Shown: positions 41,552-52,679, counted from the first letter of the stretch. The stretch is DNA of 64,000 bases from Rhizomicrobium sp. (GCA_035251465.1 DATFEF010000028.1:715-64714); one strand, 5' to 3'. Made by a program: numbers and translations. Notes: generated from the letters alone by a model not told the origin.

Positions 41552-43615
41552 CTAGACGCGTGCGGGTTGCTGTTGGGCCTGCTGCTGGGCCTGTTGTTGT
41601 ATCTGGGCGCGCAATTGCACCGGCAAGGTCAGCGCGAAAGCCAGCTCATTGCCATTGATAATGCCGTCGGAACAGTTGCCGGCCTGGCAGATATAGGCGG
41701 TGGGATGGCCGCCCTGCATGCCGCGCCCCGTTGCGGGATGGCCCTGCGGCAGGGGCGCGCCCGGCTCCATCTGCACCAGCATGCCGTTGGGCACCGGCCT
41801 GCTCCAATAGGCCCGCATCAATTCCTGGGTCTTGGTATGGCCCTTATGGCCGATCACCACAATCACCAGGCTGTTGAGCAGATATTCCAGGCCCGCCAGA
41901 TAAGTGCCCGCGCCGTTCAGCATGCGGTTGGCTTCATTACCGAAGGTGTTGGCAAGCGTGGAGGCGCGGCCCATATATTCGGCGGCGCCGGTCAAAAGCG
42001 CCAGCCGTGTCAGCACAAATAGCATGGTGCCGTTCACGCTGGGGCCGGGATTGTCGAACATCATGCGCGGCCGCACGAACAGCTGTTCGGCATTGTCGGC
42101 ATAGAAGCAATAACCGTTGATCTGGTTGTTCCAGAAATGCGCGTCCAGCACCTGGGCCCAGGCCTTTGCCTGTTCCAGGAAGCGCGGGTTGCCGGTGACT
42201 TCGAACAGCTGCAAGGCGGCGCGGGACATGTCGGCATAGTCATCGGCCACGCCTGGCGAGCCCGCAACATGAGAAAGCGTATGGCCCTCGCCGCCCAGAT
42301 TTTTCACGACCGCGTCGAAGGCGGCGGCGGCGGCCTGCACCCAATCGGGCCTTTCCAGCACCATGCCGGCACGCGCCAAGGCGGCGACGATCAGTCCATT
42401 GCCGTCCGCCATGACGCGCTCGTCACGCAGGGGACGGGCGCGCTTGTCGCGCAAAGCCAGCAGCATCTCGCGCTGTTTGGACAGCAGGACATCATCGGCC
42501 TCGCTGGCGGGCGCGGGATTGCCCAAGCGGCGCGGCAGATTGCGGCCCATCACATTGCCATCGCGGGTGATGCCATAGACCTGCTTGAAGCGGGCCGAGA
42601 AAGTGCCCGCCAGCCCGGCGTCGATCTCCGCCTCGCTCCAGGTATAATATTTGCCATCCTCGATCTGGGAGCCGGAGGAAATGGACGAGGCGAATGCATC
42701 GCCCACCTTCATCTCGCGCATCAGGAAATTGACGGTTTCGACAACCCGCTGGCGGCACAATTCGTTACGGTTGAACTGCCAGACCGAGGTGCAGAAGTCG
42801 ATCAGCAGCGCCTGGTCATCGAGCATCTTCTCGAAGGAAGGCTCGGTCCAGCGTTCGTCCATAGCGTGGCGGAAAAACCCGCCGCCGACATGGTCATACG
42901 TGCCGCCGAACAGGATCGCGTCCAGGGTGACGAAGATGATCTGGCTGAATTGCGGCGTGCCGGTGCGCAGGAAGGCCCGCCACAACACCTCCAGCAAAAG
43001 CGCGTTGGGGAATTTGATCGCGCCTTGCATGCCGCCGAAGAAAATATCGTAACGCTGAGCGATGCGCAGAGCCGAAAGATCCAGGTTCATGTTTTCCTGG
43101 GGCACGCTCATGTCGCGGTTGTAGAGATTTTCCACCGCTTGGCGGATCTGGGCGGCGGTGCTTTCGGCCCGGGCGCGTTCGTTTTTCCACAAATTGCTAT
43201 TGTCGGCGATCAGGCGGCGGAAGCTTGGCTGTTCCGGCGCGTCCTGCAGGGACAAATAGCCAGTGACCCAGAAGGGCGCGCCGTCCGGGGTGAGAAAGAT
43301 ATTCAGCGGCCAGCCGCCGGTATGGCCCATCAGGCCCGCGGCGCCCTGGTAGAGCATGTCCAGGTCCGGACGCTCGTCCCGGTCGGCCAGGACCGGGATG
43401 TAATTGTCATTGATCAGGGCCGCGGTCTCGGCGTCGCTGAACGCCTCCTGGTTCATCACATGACACCAATGGCAGCCGATATAGCCCAGGCTGAGCAGGA
43501 TGGGCTTGTCCTGGGCCCTGGCTTCCGCGAGCGCCTCGGGGCCCCAGAGACGCCAGCGGATGGGATTATCCTTATGGGAGAGAAGAAAGGGGCTGGTCGC
43601 GTTGCTCAAGCTCAT
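41552..43615 (-). CDS. YyaL/SPATA20-like thioredoxin-domain protein (DUF255)
   Basis: SPFLLSHKDNP, CHWCHVM, DRDERPDLD, GGWPLN, FEKML. Confidence 0.9.
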   Translation of the reverse strand: MSLSNATSPFLLSHKDNPIRWRLWGPEALAEARAQDKPILLSLGYIGCHWCHVMNQEAFSDAETAALINDNYIPVLADRDERPDLDMLYQGAAGLMGHTGGWPLNIFLTPDGAPFWVTGYLSLQDAPEQPSFRRLIADNSNLWKNERARAESTAAQIRQAVENLYNRDMSVPQENMNLDLSALRIAQRYDIFFGGMQGAIKFPNALLLEVLWRAFLRTGTPQFSQIIFVTLDAILFGGTYDHVGGGFFRHAMDERWTEPSFEKMLDDQALLIDFCTSVWQFNRNELCRQRVVETVNFLMREMKVGDAFASSISSGSQIEDGKYYTWSEAEIDAGLAGTFSARFKQVYGITRDGNVMGRNLPRRLGNPAPASEADDVLLSKQREMLLALRDKRARPLRDERVMADGNGLIVAALARAGMVLERPDWVQAAAAAFDAVVKNLGGEGHTLSHVAGSPGVADDYADMSRAALQLFEVTGNPRFLEQAKAWAQVLDAHFWNNQINGYCFYADNAEQLFVRPRMMFDNPGPSVNGTMLFVLTRLALLTGAAEYMGRASTLANTFGNEANRMLNGAGTYLAGLEYLLNSLVIVVIGHKGHTKTQELMRAYWSRPVPNGMLVQMEPGAPLPQGHPATGRGMQGGHPTAYICQAGNCSDGIINGNELAFALTLPVQLRAQIQQQAQQQAQQQPARV

Positions 43616-43749
43616 TGTTCCATTCCATGGGCGCACGGAAGGAAGCTTCCCGCCGGCCCGCTTCTGTGATGTTTTTGGGGCGGGGTTACTTACATCGGAA
43701 GATGGGCATCGAAAAGGTGGCCCCCGAAACCTTATTCAGAGGCGCCGCC

Positions 43750-44001
43750 ATGAAGGTGAATATCGAGATGGACATGACCCCGGAAGAGGCCCGCGCCTTC
43801 ATGGGCTTGCCTGATGTCGCCCCCATGCAGAAGAAGCTGCTGGAGGATCTGCAGGCCCGGATGAAACAGGCCTTCGACGCCAACGATCCGGAAGGGATGA
43901 TGCGGGCCTGGATGCCGCTTGGCGGGGCAGAGGCGTTCCAGAAGTTTCAGAAGGCGATGTGGGACAGCGCCTCCGCCATGGTCAAAAAGGACGGCAGGTA
44001 G
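43750..44001 (+). CDS. Small conserved protein (DUF6489-like)
   Basis: MKVNIEMDMTPEEARAFMGLPDV. Confidence 0.8.
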   Translation: MKVNIEMDMTPEEARAFMGLPDVAPMQKKLLEDLQARMKQAFDANDPEGMMRAWMPLGGAEAFQKFQKAMWDSASAMVKKDGR

Positions 44002-44032
44002 CTTTGCCGTCCGCCACCATGAATCCTTGGCC

Positions 44033-45331
44033 ATGAAGCCCAGTATTTTCGCGCTGGCCAGCGCGCCCGGCCGGGCCGGCGTGGCGGTGGTGCGGATTTC
44101 GGGCCCGCAGGCGGGTGACTGTGTCCGGGCCCTGGCCGGGCCCCTGCCCCCGCCGCGCCAGGCGGTGTTGCGGCGGCTGGTCCATGGGGGAGCCGAGATC
44201 GACCAGGCCTTGCTGCTGTGGTTTCCCGCCCCCCACAGTTTCACCGGCGAGGACGTTGCCGAATTCCACCTTCATGGCGGCCGCGCCATCCGGGAGGCCT
44301 TGTTCTCGGCGCTGACCGCCTTGGGCTTGCGCCCCGCCGAGCCGGGTGAGTTCAGCCGCCGGGCGGTGGAGAATGGCAAGCTGGACCTCACCCGGGCGGA
44401 AGCCGTCGCCGACCTGGTGGATGCCGAAACCCCGGCTCAGCTCCGCCAGGCGCTGCGCCAGCATGATGGCGCCCTGGCCGACCTCTATGAGGGCTGGCGC
44501 ACCGCCCTGATCGCCGCGTTGGGCCGGGCGGAAGCGGCAATAGATTTTTCCGATGACGGGGTGGGGGATGCGGAATTTGCCGCCGCCCGCCGTGCGGCGT
44601 CGAAAATATTGCAGGAAATACAAGGGCATACAGATGATTCGGGGCGCGGCGAGAGCCTGCGGGAAGGCCTGCGCCTGACCATTCTGGGGCCGCCCAATGC
44701 CGGCAAATCGTCGCTGATCAATGTCTTGGCGCGGCGCGACGTGGCCATTGTCTCGGACCGTCCCGGCACCACCCGCGATGTGGTGGAGGCGCGGCTGGAT
44801 CTGGGCGGCTATTTGCTGCAGGTGGCCGATACCGCCGGGGTGCGCGAGACGGCGGAACCCATCGAGGCGGAGGGAATGCGCCGCGCCCTGGCCCATGCGC
44901 GCGGCGGCATGACCTTGTTGCTACTGGACGGCGCCGCGGAAAATCCCCGCGCCGGATTGCCCGCCGGACTGCCCGAACCCGACCTGATTGTTTGGAACAA
45001 AGCGGATCTGGGTTTTGCGCGCGAAGGGCTTTGTATTTCCCTGAAGACCGGGGAAGGAATCCCGGAATTGCTGAAAATGCTGCAGCAAAAAGTGCAGCAT
45101 AAATTGGAGAGCAAGGACGGCGCCGTGCCCCTGACCAGGCCGCGCCATCGCCATGCCTTGCAAGAAGCGGTCGCGGCCCTGCAACATGGCCTGGCAGCGC
45201 CGGCGGATCGTCCGGAGCTGCTGGCGGAGGATTTGCGCTTGGCGATGCGCGCCATCGGACGCATCACTGGGCGGGTGGATGTGGAAGAGCTGTTGGATTT
45301 TGTGTTTCGGGATTTCTGTATCGGCAAATAG
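44033..45331 (+). CDS. mnmE: tRNA modification GTPase
   Basis: SFTGEDVAE, GPPNAGKSS, PGTTRD, DTAG, NKAD, FCIGK. Confidence 0.97.
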   Translation: MKPSIFALASAPGRAGVAVVRISGPQAGDCVRALAGPLPPPRQAVLRRLVHGGAEIDQALLLWFPAPHSFTGEDVAEFHLHGGRAIREALFSALTALGLRPAEPGEFSRRAVENGKLDLTRAEAVADLVDAETPAQLRQALRQHDGALADLYEGWRTALIAALGRAEAAIDFSDDGVGDAEFAAARRAASKILQEIQGHTDDSGRGESLREGLRLTILGPPNAGKSSLINVLARRDVAIVSDRPGTTRDVVEARLDLGGYLLQVADTAGVRETAEPIEAEGMRRALAHARGGMTLLLLDGAAENPRAGLPAGLPEPDLIVWNKADLGFAREGLCISLKTGEGIPELLKMLQQKVQHKLESKDGAVPLTRPRHRHALQEAVAALQHGLAAPADRPELLAEDLRLAMRAIGRITGRVDVEELLDFVFRDFCIGK

Positions 45332-45348
45332 CAAGTTGGGAGGGAGCC

Positions 45349-45939
45349 ATGAGAAAAGTCGGTTTTGTGGGGCTTTTCACGCTGCTGACAACCGTCACGG
45401 CGGCACAGGCCGATTTGCGTGACGATGCCTTGGCGGCAGTGCAGCGCTGTTCCGGTGTGAGCGACAAGGCGCAGCGGCTGGCCTGTTTTGATTCCGCGGC
45501 GGTCCAGGTGCCTGGCGCTCTCAATGCGCCGGTGACGGCCTCCGCCGAGCCGGCCCGGCCCCAACCGCGCCAGCGCGGCAATTTCTTTTCCCGGATGTTG
45601 GGTTTGGAAAACCAGCGCCCGCCCCAAACCACGGTGGCCCAGTTTGGCAGCGAAAGCATCGCCAATGGCGGTATGACCGCTTTCCCCACCAAAATCTCCG
45701 GCGATACGGTCCATCAAATCCGCGCCCGGCTGACGGCTTACGAATTCACCGGCGGCTATGTGACCGTGACATTGGACAATGGCCAAGTGTGGCGCCAATC
45801 CGCCAGCGACTCGCCGTTAGGCGGCTTGGTCAAGCCGGCGCCCTCTTATGCGGCGGCGATATCGCGCGATCGGGGCGGCAGCTATGCCATGAAGCTGAGC
45901 GGGCTCGCGGGCACCATCGCGGTCCGGCGGCTTCAATAG
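45349..45939 (+). CDS. Secreted hypothetical protein
   Basis: GGAG RBS, signal peptide, [15 protein letters not shown] and LDNGQVWRQ motifs. Confidence 0.75.
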   Translation: MRKVGFVGLFTLLTTVTAAQADLRDDALAAVQRCSGVSDKAQRLACFDSAAVQVPGALNAPVTASAEPARPQPRQRGNFFSRMLGLENQRPPQTTVAQFGSESIANGGMTAFPTKISGDTVHQIRARLTAYEFTGGYVTVTLDNGQVWRQSASDSPLGGLVKPAPSYAAAISRDRGGSYAMKLSGLAGTIAVRRLQ

Positions 45940-45997
45940 CGCAGAGCTCCCTCGGCGGGGCTTGTGGATGGATTTGGCGGCGCGTATTGAGCCGCTG

Positions 45998-47872
45998 ATG
46001 CGCTACGATGTCATCGTCATTGGCGGGGGACATGCCGGCTGTGAAGCGGCGGCGGCCTCGGCACGCTTTGGCGCCAGGACCCTGCTGCTCACCCATAGCT
46101 TTGAGACCTTGGGCGAAATGTCCTGCAATCCCGCCATTGGCGGGGTGGGCAAGGGCCATCTGGTGCGCGAGATCGACGCCCTGGACGGGCTGATGGGCCG
46201 GGTCGCGGATGCGGCGGGCATCCAGTTCCGGCTGCTCAATCGCCGCAAGGGGCCAGCGGTCCGGGGTCCGCGCGCCCAGGCCGACCGGACCCTCTACCGC
46301 GCAGCAATGCAATCCATGCTGCGCAGCATTTCTAACCTGGACATTCGCTCGGCCAGCGCCGAAGACATTGTTTTAAAAGGAGGAATTGTCGCCGGGGTGT
46401 TGACCGCCGACGGCGATGAGATTGCTGGCGGCAAAGTGGTGTTGACCACCGGCACCTTCCTCAACGGCTTGATCCATATCGGCGAGACGAAGATTCCCGC
46501 CGGGCGGATGAAGATCGCGGAGGGAGTCGAAGCCCCTAGCATCGGCCTGTCCAAAACCCTTTATGGCTTCGGCCTCAGGATGGGCCGGTTGAAGACCGGC
46601 ACGCCTCCACGCTTGGACCGGGAGACCATAGATTGGGCAAGCCTGGAAATGCAGCAAGGGGACGATCCGCCCTCGCCCTTTTCGTTTCTGACCACCAAGA
46701 TCACCACACCGCAGATCGCCTGCGGCATCACCCGAACCACCCTTGCGACCCACGCCGTGATCCGGGCCAATCTGCACCGCTCGCCGATGTATTCGGGGCA
46801 GATCGCCTCCACTGGCCCGCGCTATTGCCCCTCCATTGAGGACAAGGTCAACCGCTTTGCCGACCGCGAATCGCACCAAATTTTCCTTGAACCAGAAGGG
46901 CTTAGATCAAATCTGATCTATCCCAACGGAATTTCGACCTCCCTGCCCCAGGATGTCCAGCTAGCGCTTCTTAAAACCATTCCAGGCTTGGAAAAGGCCC
47001 GTGTACAGCGCATGGGCTATGCCATCGAATATGACTATGTCGATCCCCGGGAGCTGTCCCCCGCTTTGGAGGTGAAGGCGGTACCGGGGCTTTATCTGGC
47101 GGGGCAGATCAATGGCACCACCGGATACGAGGAAGCCGCCGCCCAGGGATTAATGGCGGGATGGAATGCGGCCCGGGCAGCCGGCGGATCGGAGCCCGTC
47201 ATTCTGGATCGGGCCCAGGCCTATATTGGGGTAATGGTGGACGATCTGGTCACCAAGGGTGTGTCCGAGCCCTATCGCATGTTCACCAGCCGGGCCGAAT
47301 ACCGCCTCACCCTGCGTTCGGACAATGCAGATCAACGCTTGACTCAATTGGGCAAGCAGAATGGGATCGTCGGGTCCGAGCGGGCCCTGGCATTGTCCGG
47401 CAAGCTGGAAAAGCTGGCGGTTTCACGTGAAACGATGGCCTCTCTCTCCCTTACCCCCAATGAAGCCGCAAGGCATGGCCTGGCGATCCGGTTGGACGGG
47501 GTCCGGCGGAATGCCCTGGAACTGCTTTCCCTGACGGATTTCCCGAATTTGGTGCGGATATGGCCGGAACTGGGGGCCCTGGAGCCGCAGACCGTCGAAC
47601 AGCTGGAGATTGACGCCCAGTATGCCGGCTATCTCGACCGCCAGGATGCCGACATCCTGGCCTTTCGGAGGGATGAAGGCCGCGCCCTGCCCCCTGAGCT
47701 GGACTATGGCGCGGTGATCGGCCTGTCCAACGAGGTGCGCCAGAAGCTGGAGCGTATCCGCCCGGCGACCCTGGGTCAGGCGGCTCGGATCGAAGGGGTC
47801 ACGGCGGCGGCCCTGACCCTGGTTCTGGCCTATGTGAAGGGCGCCCAGAAAATAAAAGCCGCCCGTGCCTGA
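45998..47872 (+). CDS. mnmG: tRNA uridine 5-carboxymethylaminomethyl modification enzyme
   Basis: [42 protein letters not shown]. Confidence 0.98.
   Translation: MRYDVIVIGGGHAGCEAAAASARFGARTLLLTHSFETLGEMSCNPAIGGVGKGHLVREIDALDGLMGRVADAAGIQFRLLNRRKGPAVRGPRAQADRTLYRAAMQSMLRSISNLDIRSASAEDIVLKGGIVAGVLTADGDEIAGGKVVLTTGTFLNGLIHIGETKIPAGRMKIAEGVEAPSIGLSKTLYGFGLRMGRLKTGTPPRLDRETIDWASLEMQQGDDPPSPFSFLTTKITTPQIACGITRTTLATHAVIRANLHRSPMYSGQIASTGPRYCPSIEDKVNRFADRESHQIFLEPEGLRSNLIYPNGISTSLPQDVQLALLKTIPGLEKARVQRMGYAIEYDYVDPRELSPALEVKAVPGLYLAGQINGTTGYEEAAAQGLMAGWNAARAAGGSEPVILDRAQAYIGVMVDDLVTKGVSEPYRMFTSRAEYRLTLRSDNADQRLTQLGKQNGIVGSERALALSGKLEKLAVSRETMASLSLTPNEAARHGLAIRLDGVRRNALELLSLTDFPNLVRIWPELGALEPQTVEQLEIDAQYAGYLDRQDADILAFRRDEGRALPPELDYGAVIGLSNEVRQKLERIRPATLGQAARIEGVTAAALTLVLAYVKGAQKIKAARA
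47419..47434. other. parS: parS site within mnmG
   Basis: gGTTTCACGTGAAACg palindrome. Confidence 0.9.
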
Positions 47873-48542
47873 TTTTGGCCCCGAGGAATTTGCCGCCAAA
47901 ACCGGTGTTTCACGTGAAACGCTCGCCCGCCTGAAGGCCTATGCCGATATCCTGGCGGACTGGAATGCCCGGCACAATCTGGTGGCAAAAAGCACCCTGC
48001 CCGATCTGTGGCACCGCCATTTCTGGGACAGCGCCCAGCTCGCGCCTCTTATCCCTTCGGCAGCCCGCAGCCTGGCCGATCTGGGCTCCGGGGCCGGGTT
48101 CCCAGGGCTGGTCCTGGCCGCCATGCTGCCAAGCCTGTCCGTCACCCTCCATGAGGCGACCACCAAGAAATGCGCCTTCCTTCAGCTGGCGGCGGAGCGG
48201 ATGGCCGTGCCGGTGACTATCCAGAATGCCCGATTGGAAGACCTTCCCCCCAGCCAATTTGATGTCGTGACGGCGCGCGCCCTGGCGCCCCTGCCCCAGC
48301 TTTTGGGATATGCCCAGAATTTCGTAGGCCCGAACGGCGTTTGCCTATTCCTGAAAGGTCAAAATGTAGGGGCTGAATTGACGCAAGCCCATAAATATTG
48401 GAACATCAAAGCCTCTCAAGTCCCAAGCCAAACCGATCCTTCGGCTGCTATAGTGATTGTGAGAGAGTTGGGCCCCCGTCATGTCGCACCCCAAAAAACC
48501 CCGTATCCTGGTCGTCGCCAACCAAAAGGGCGGCGTCGGTAA
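47865..48542 (+). CDS. rsmG: 16S rRNA m7G527 methyltransferase
   Basis: [25 protein letters not shown]. Confidence 0.95.
   Translation: MPDFGPEEFAAKTGVSRETLARLKAYADILADWNARHNLVAKSTLPDLWHRHFWDSAQLAPLIPSAARSLADLGSGAGFPGLVLAAMLPSLSVTLHEATTKKCAFLQLAAERMAVPVTIQNARLEDLPPSQFDVVTARALAPLPQLLGYAQNFVGPNGVCLFLKGQNVGAELTQAHKYWNIKASQVPSQTDPSAAIVIVRELGPRHVAPQKTPYPGRRQPKGRRR
47906..47921. other. parS: parS site within rsmG
   Basis: tGTTTCACGTGAAACg, encoding VSRET. Confidence 0.92.
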
Positions 48543-49287
48543 GACCACCACGGCGATCAATCTGGGAACCGCCCTCGCCGCCGTGGGCGAGCCGACCTTG
48601 GTGATTGACATCGATCCGCAGGGCAATGCCTCCACCGGGCTGGGCATCCATCGCCAGGACCGCAAGCTCACCACCTATGAGGTGCTGACCGGCCAGGCCA
48701 AACTGGCCGAGGCTATTGTGAAGACCCGCATCCCGGGCCTGTCGCTGGTGCCGGCCACCGTGGATCTGTCGGGCGCCGAACTGGAACTGGCCGATTTTCC
48801 CCGGCGCAATTTCATCTTGAAGGATGCCTTGGAAGAATACTCCGTACACGGAGAAAATGCCTTTTCGTATATTTTGATCGACTGTCCCCCTTCCCTCACC
48901 TTACTGACCTTGAATGCGATGGCGGCGGCGGATGCGGTGATGGTGCCGCTGCAATGCGAGTTCTTCGCGCTGGAAGGTTTAAGTCAGTTGATGAAAACCA
49001 TCGAGCTGGTGCGCAACAAGCTTAATCCCACGTTAGACATTCAGGGCATCGTGCTGACCATGTTCGACAAGCGCAACAAGCTGTCGGATCAGGTCGCCGC
49101 CGATGTCCGCGAGACTTTGGGCGAAAAGGTCTACACCACGGTCATTCCCAGAAACGTGCGTATTTCCGAGGCTCCCAGTCATGGTGTGCCGGCGCTGGTC
49201 TATGACCTGCGCTGTCCCGGAAGCCAGGCCTATATCAAGCTGGCGGGCGAATTGATTCAGCGCGAACGGCTCAGGGCCGCGGCATGA
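48481..49287 (+). CDS. parA: Chromosome partitioning ATPase
   Basis: [36 protein letters not shown]. Confidence 0.97.
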   Translation: MSHPKKPRILVVANQKGGVGKTTTAINLGTALAAVGEPTLVIDIDPQGNASTGLGIHRQDRKLTTYEVLTGQAKLAEAIVKTRIPGLSLVPATVDLSGAELELADFPRRNFILKDALEEYSVHGENAFSYILIDCPPSLTLLTLNAMAAADAVMVPLQCEFFALEGLSQLMKTIELVRNKLNPTLDIQGIVLTMFDKRNKLSDQVAADVRETLGEKVYTTVIPRNVRISEAPSHGVPALVYDLRCPGSQAYIKLAGELIQRERLRAAA

Positions 49288-50147
49288 ATCCCAATCAGGA
49301 TCGCCCGCGCGGCTTGGGCCGCGGGCTCTCGGCTTTGATCGGCGATGAAGTCGCGGCGGTGAAAGGTGAACCGGTTGCTAAGAAAGATTTGCGCTCGCTG
49401 CCGGTGGCGTTCCTGCAGCCAGGGCGTTTTCAGCCGCGCATGAGTTTCGACGAGCAGCCGTTGGCCGAGCTGGCGGCGAGCATCAAGGAGAAGGGCGTCT
49501 TGTCGCCGATCCTGGTGCGGCCCATCGGTCCCGACCGCTATGAGATCGTGGCGGGTGAGCGCCGCTGGCGCGCCGCCCAGATCGCCAAGTTGCATGACGT
49601 GCCGGTGGTGGTGCGCGAGCTGCCGGACGACCAGGCGCTGGAGCTGGCGATCATCGAGAATGTCCAGCGCGCCGACCTGAATGCGATAGAGGAGGGGGCC
49701 GCTTACGAAGAGCTGATCACCAAGTTCGGCCGCACCCAGGAAGACGTGGCGCGGGAGGTCGGCAAGAGCCGTTCCCATGTGGCCAACACCGTTCGGCTGC
49801 TCAGGCTGCCCAACCAGGTTAAGGCGTGGATTCGGGAGGGCAAATTGACGGCGGGCCATGCCCGAACACTGTTAGCTGAGGCCGATCCGGAGGCTAGGGC
49901 GCGGGAATTGATTGAGGGCGCGTTGACCGTTCGTCAGGCCGAACAGCGTTCGGTTTCTAAGAAGAAGCCCGGTGGAAAACCCGCCAAAGACCCCAATATT
50001 GCGGATCTGGAAGCCAGTATTTCCAATCGCTTAGGCCTAAAAGTCCAGATTGTCCACAAAGGGGATAAAGGTGGGGAAATGCGGATTTCCTACAAATCCC
50101 TGGAGCAGCTGGACGAACTGACCCGGCGGCTAAGCAAATCGGGGTAG
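49284..50147 (+). CDS. parB: Chromosome partitioning protein
   Basis: RGLGRGLSAL, AGERRWRA, ENVQRADL, GKSRSHVAN. Confidence 0.97.
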   Translation: MNPNQDRPRGLGRGLSALIGDEVAAVKGEPVAKKDLRSLPVAFLQPGRFQPRMSFDEQPLAELAASIKEKGVLSPILVRPIGPDRYEIVAGERRWRAAQIAKLHDVPVVVRELPDDQALELAIIENVQRADLNAIEEGAAYEELITKFGRTQEDVAREVGKSRSHVANTVRLLRLPNQVKAWIREGKLTAGHARTLLAEADPEARARELIEGALTVRQAEQRSVSKKKPGGKPAKDPNIADLEASISNRLGLKVQIVHKGDKGGEMRISYKSLEQLDELTRRLSKSG

Positions 50148-50154
50148 GGGGAGT

Positions 50155-50226
50155 CCCCACCCTTCGACAAGCTCAGGGTGAGGATAGCGGTAGAATCCTC
50201 ATGCTGAACTTGTCGAAGCATGCGGG
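50155..50226. repeat. CTTCGACAAGCTCAG-family palindromic repeat
   Basis: cacccttcgacaagctcagggtgagg...cctcatgctgaacttgtcgaagcatg. Confidence 0.85.
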
Positions 50227-50231
50227 CGTGC

Positions 50232-50954
50232 TCAGCTGGTCCGCCGCAGTGCCTCGGCCACATCGATGCGGCCGTCATACAGCGCCCGGCCCACCACCAC
50301 GCCTTCGATGCCCGGCTCCTTTGCCGCCAGCAGAGCATCGATATCGGCGATGGAGCCGACCCCACCAGAGGCAATCACCGGAATGGAAAGACCACGGGCG
50401 AGGGCGGCGGTCGCGGCAACATTCACGCCCTTGAGCAACCCGTCGCCGTCAATGTCGGTGAACAGAATGGCGGCGACCCCGGCATCCTCGAACCGCTTGC
50501 CCAATTCCAGCGGGGTCAGTTCGCTCACCTCGGCCCAGCCTTGGGTAGCGATCTTGCCGCCCTTGGCGTCGGCGCCCACCACGATCCGGCCGGGACATTC
50601 TTTTGCAGCTTCCTTTACGAAGGCCGGATCCTTGAGAGCGGCCGTACCAAGAATGATGCGGTCAATGCCCGTCTCCATCCAGAAACCCACGCCCAGCATG
50701 TCTCTGATGCCGCCGCCAAGTTGAATAGGAAGATTAGTTGCCTGCCGAATTGCCGATATAGCTTCTGCGTTGACACTTTTGCCTGCGAAAGCACCATCTA
50801 GATCAACACAGTGTAGCCACTTAAAGCCCTGGGATTCGAATATCTGTGCTTGGTTTGCGGGTTTGGTGTTGAACACTGTGGCGTCGTCCATCACGCCCTT
50901 TTTCAGGCGGACGCAGACACCGTCCTTCAGGTCGATAGCGGGGAATATGATCAT
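50232..50954 (-). CDS. hisA: ProFAR isomerase
   Basis: [35 protein letters not shown]. Confidence 0.96.
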   Translation of the reverse strand: MIIFPAIDLKDGVCVRLKKGVMDDATVFNTKPANQAQIFESQGFKWLHCVDLDGAFAGKSVNAEAISAIRQATNLPIQLGGGIRDMLGVGFWMETGIDRIILGTAALKDPAFVKEAAKECPGRIVVGADAKGGKIATQGWAEVSELTPLELGKRFEDAGVAAILFTDIDGDGLLKGVNVAATAALARGLSIPVIASGGVGSIADIDALLAAKEPGIEGVVVGRALYDGRIDVAEALRRTS

Positions 50955-50973
50955 GGCTTTTGCACTCGTGGCT

Positions 50974-51120
50974 TCATGCTTCGACAAGCTCAGCATGAGG
51001 ATTTTTATCTATTTCCTCACCCTGAGCCTGTCGAAGGGGTGAGGAGTGGCGCGCAACGCGCGTGAGCAGGTCCGGTGGACATGCGAAAACGACGAACGCT
51101 GCGAGCTTAAGCGAGCGGCC
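50974..51120. repeat. Fused CTTCGACAAGCTCAG repeat and GGTCC.GTGGAC-core repeat
   Basis: tcatgcttcgacaagctcagcatgagg...cctcaccctgagcctgtcgaaggggtgag runs directly into gagtggcgcgc...gcaggtccggtggacatgc...gcgagcttaagcgagcggcc. Confidence 0.85.
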
Positions 51121-51132
51121 GGAGACAATCAT

Positions 51133-51783
51133 CTAAGGCCGCCAGCGCAAAAAATTCTCAAGCAGCTTCAGCCCGGTGGCCTGGCTCTTTTCCGGATGAA
51201 ATTGCGTGCCGACCATATTCTCATTGCCCACCATGGCTGTCAGCGCCCCGCCATAATCGCATGTTGCGATCAGATCGTCCGGCAGCACCGGCTTCAGCTG
51301 AAAACTATGGACGAAATAGGCATGGGCCCCCGGCGCGATGCCATTGAGCAAGGCGTGATCCTGCTCGATCTTCAGTTCATTCCAGCCCATATGCGGGATT
51401 TTGAGAGCGGGCCCACCTTCAATTGAAGAGGACGGCGCGATCTTGATCACTTCGCCCGCGATCCAGCCCAGCCCGGCATGACGGCCGAACTCAACCCCCA
51501 CCGTGGCCATCAACTGCATCCCGACGCAGATGCCCAGGAAGGGGGCGCCTTCCTTCAGCACCTTCTCGCGCAGGGCCTCGATCATGCCGGGCACGGCGGA
51601 TAGGCCCTTCATGCAATCGGCAAAGGCGCCGACTCCAGGCAGCACCACGCGTTCGGCGTCCAACACGGCCTGCGGATCGGCGGTGGTGACGATCTCGAAT
51701 TTGCTGCCGGCGGCGCGCGCCAAGGCCTTCGCCGCGCTGGCGAGGTTGCCGGAGCCATAGTCGATCAGGGCCACACTGGACAT
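51133..51783 (-). CDS. hisH: Imidazole glycerol phosphate synthase glutaminase subunit
   Basis: IDYGSGNL, LPGVGAF, LGICVGMQ, PHMGWN, QFHPEKS. Confidence 0.97.
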   Translation of the reverse strand: MSSVALIDYGSGNLASAAKALARAAGSKFEIVTTADPQAVLDAERVVLPGVGAFADCMKGLSAVPGMIEALREKVLKEGAPFLGICVGMQLMATVGVEFGRHAGLGWIAGEVIKIAPSSSIEGGPALKIPHMGWNELKIEQDHALLNGIAPGAHAYFVHSFQLKPVLPDDLIATCDYGGALTAMVGNENMVGTQFHPEKSQATGLKLLENFLRWRP

Positions 51784-51915
51784 GGCGGGTCGTATAAAGG
51801 CTGGAAACGGATTTGTCGAAACCGATTTCGGCCAGGGCAGGGTAGCGAGAGTTTGGCCCCTCACTAAAACCAAGGCGCTCGTGATAGAAATTCTGGCTTT
51901 CTAAGGAAACAAACG

Positions 51916-52679
51916 ATGGGGCTTCCCAAAGCAGATACCGATCCTGACCCGGCGGGGCTCGGAAAATGGAACAAATTTCTCGATTTTTGCAATCAACACG
52001 CCAAAGCAAATCGATGGTTTAGAGGCGTAACCGATGCCTCCCATACTCTTGTACCCAAGATTGGTCGCATGCATCAGCACATCGCTCACAAATGGGACGA
52101 GACAGTTAAAAGCCATAAGCGAGAAATCAATCTAGGAAATCGAGAAAAAAGATTGCTCGATGCCTTCAAGCGACGCGCCCTTCTCGATTTGAAATTTGTG
52201 CCAACAACAGAATTTCAATGGCTAGCCCTGGCACAACATCATGGTGTACCTACTCGTCTCCTTGATTGGACTACTAATCCACTGATGGCCGCATGGTTTG
52301 CAGTCAGAAACAATAGCAAAGACGCCAATCACGTTGCCAAGGTGTACGTTCAGTTTGTTTCTTCGCGCCGAAAGGCTCATGAAGAAAACTTTGATCCATT
52401 CAAAGTGAAAGAGCCGGTTTTCGTTATATCTCCACAGTGGCACCCCAGAGTGCGCGCTCAGCGCGGATGCTTCTCGATACATCCTGAGCCGCACCGCCCG
52501 CTGGAACCGACTAAAGGCTCTGAAGCGTTCGAGATACCTCAACCCTGCTGGGCAGATTTCCGAAGAAGACTCTATTACTTTGGAATTGATGCTTCGACGG
52601 TTATGTCAGACTTGGCAGGCCTTGGCGAAGCGCTGACTTGGCAATTCGAAAATGAAATCGGCGTTGGCCAAGTGGGCTA

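Noticed and set aside
48481-48542. 62-nt rsmG/parA overlap
   Set aside because: A non-conserved-looking read-through tail of rsmG; both genes are intact.
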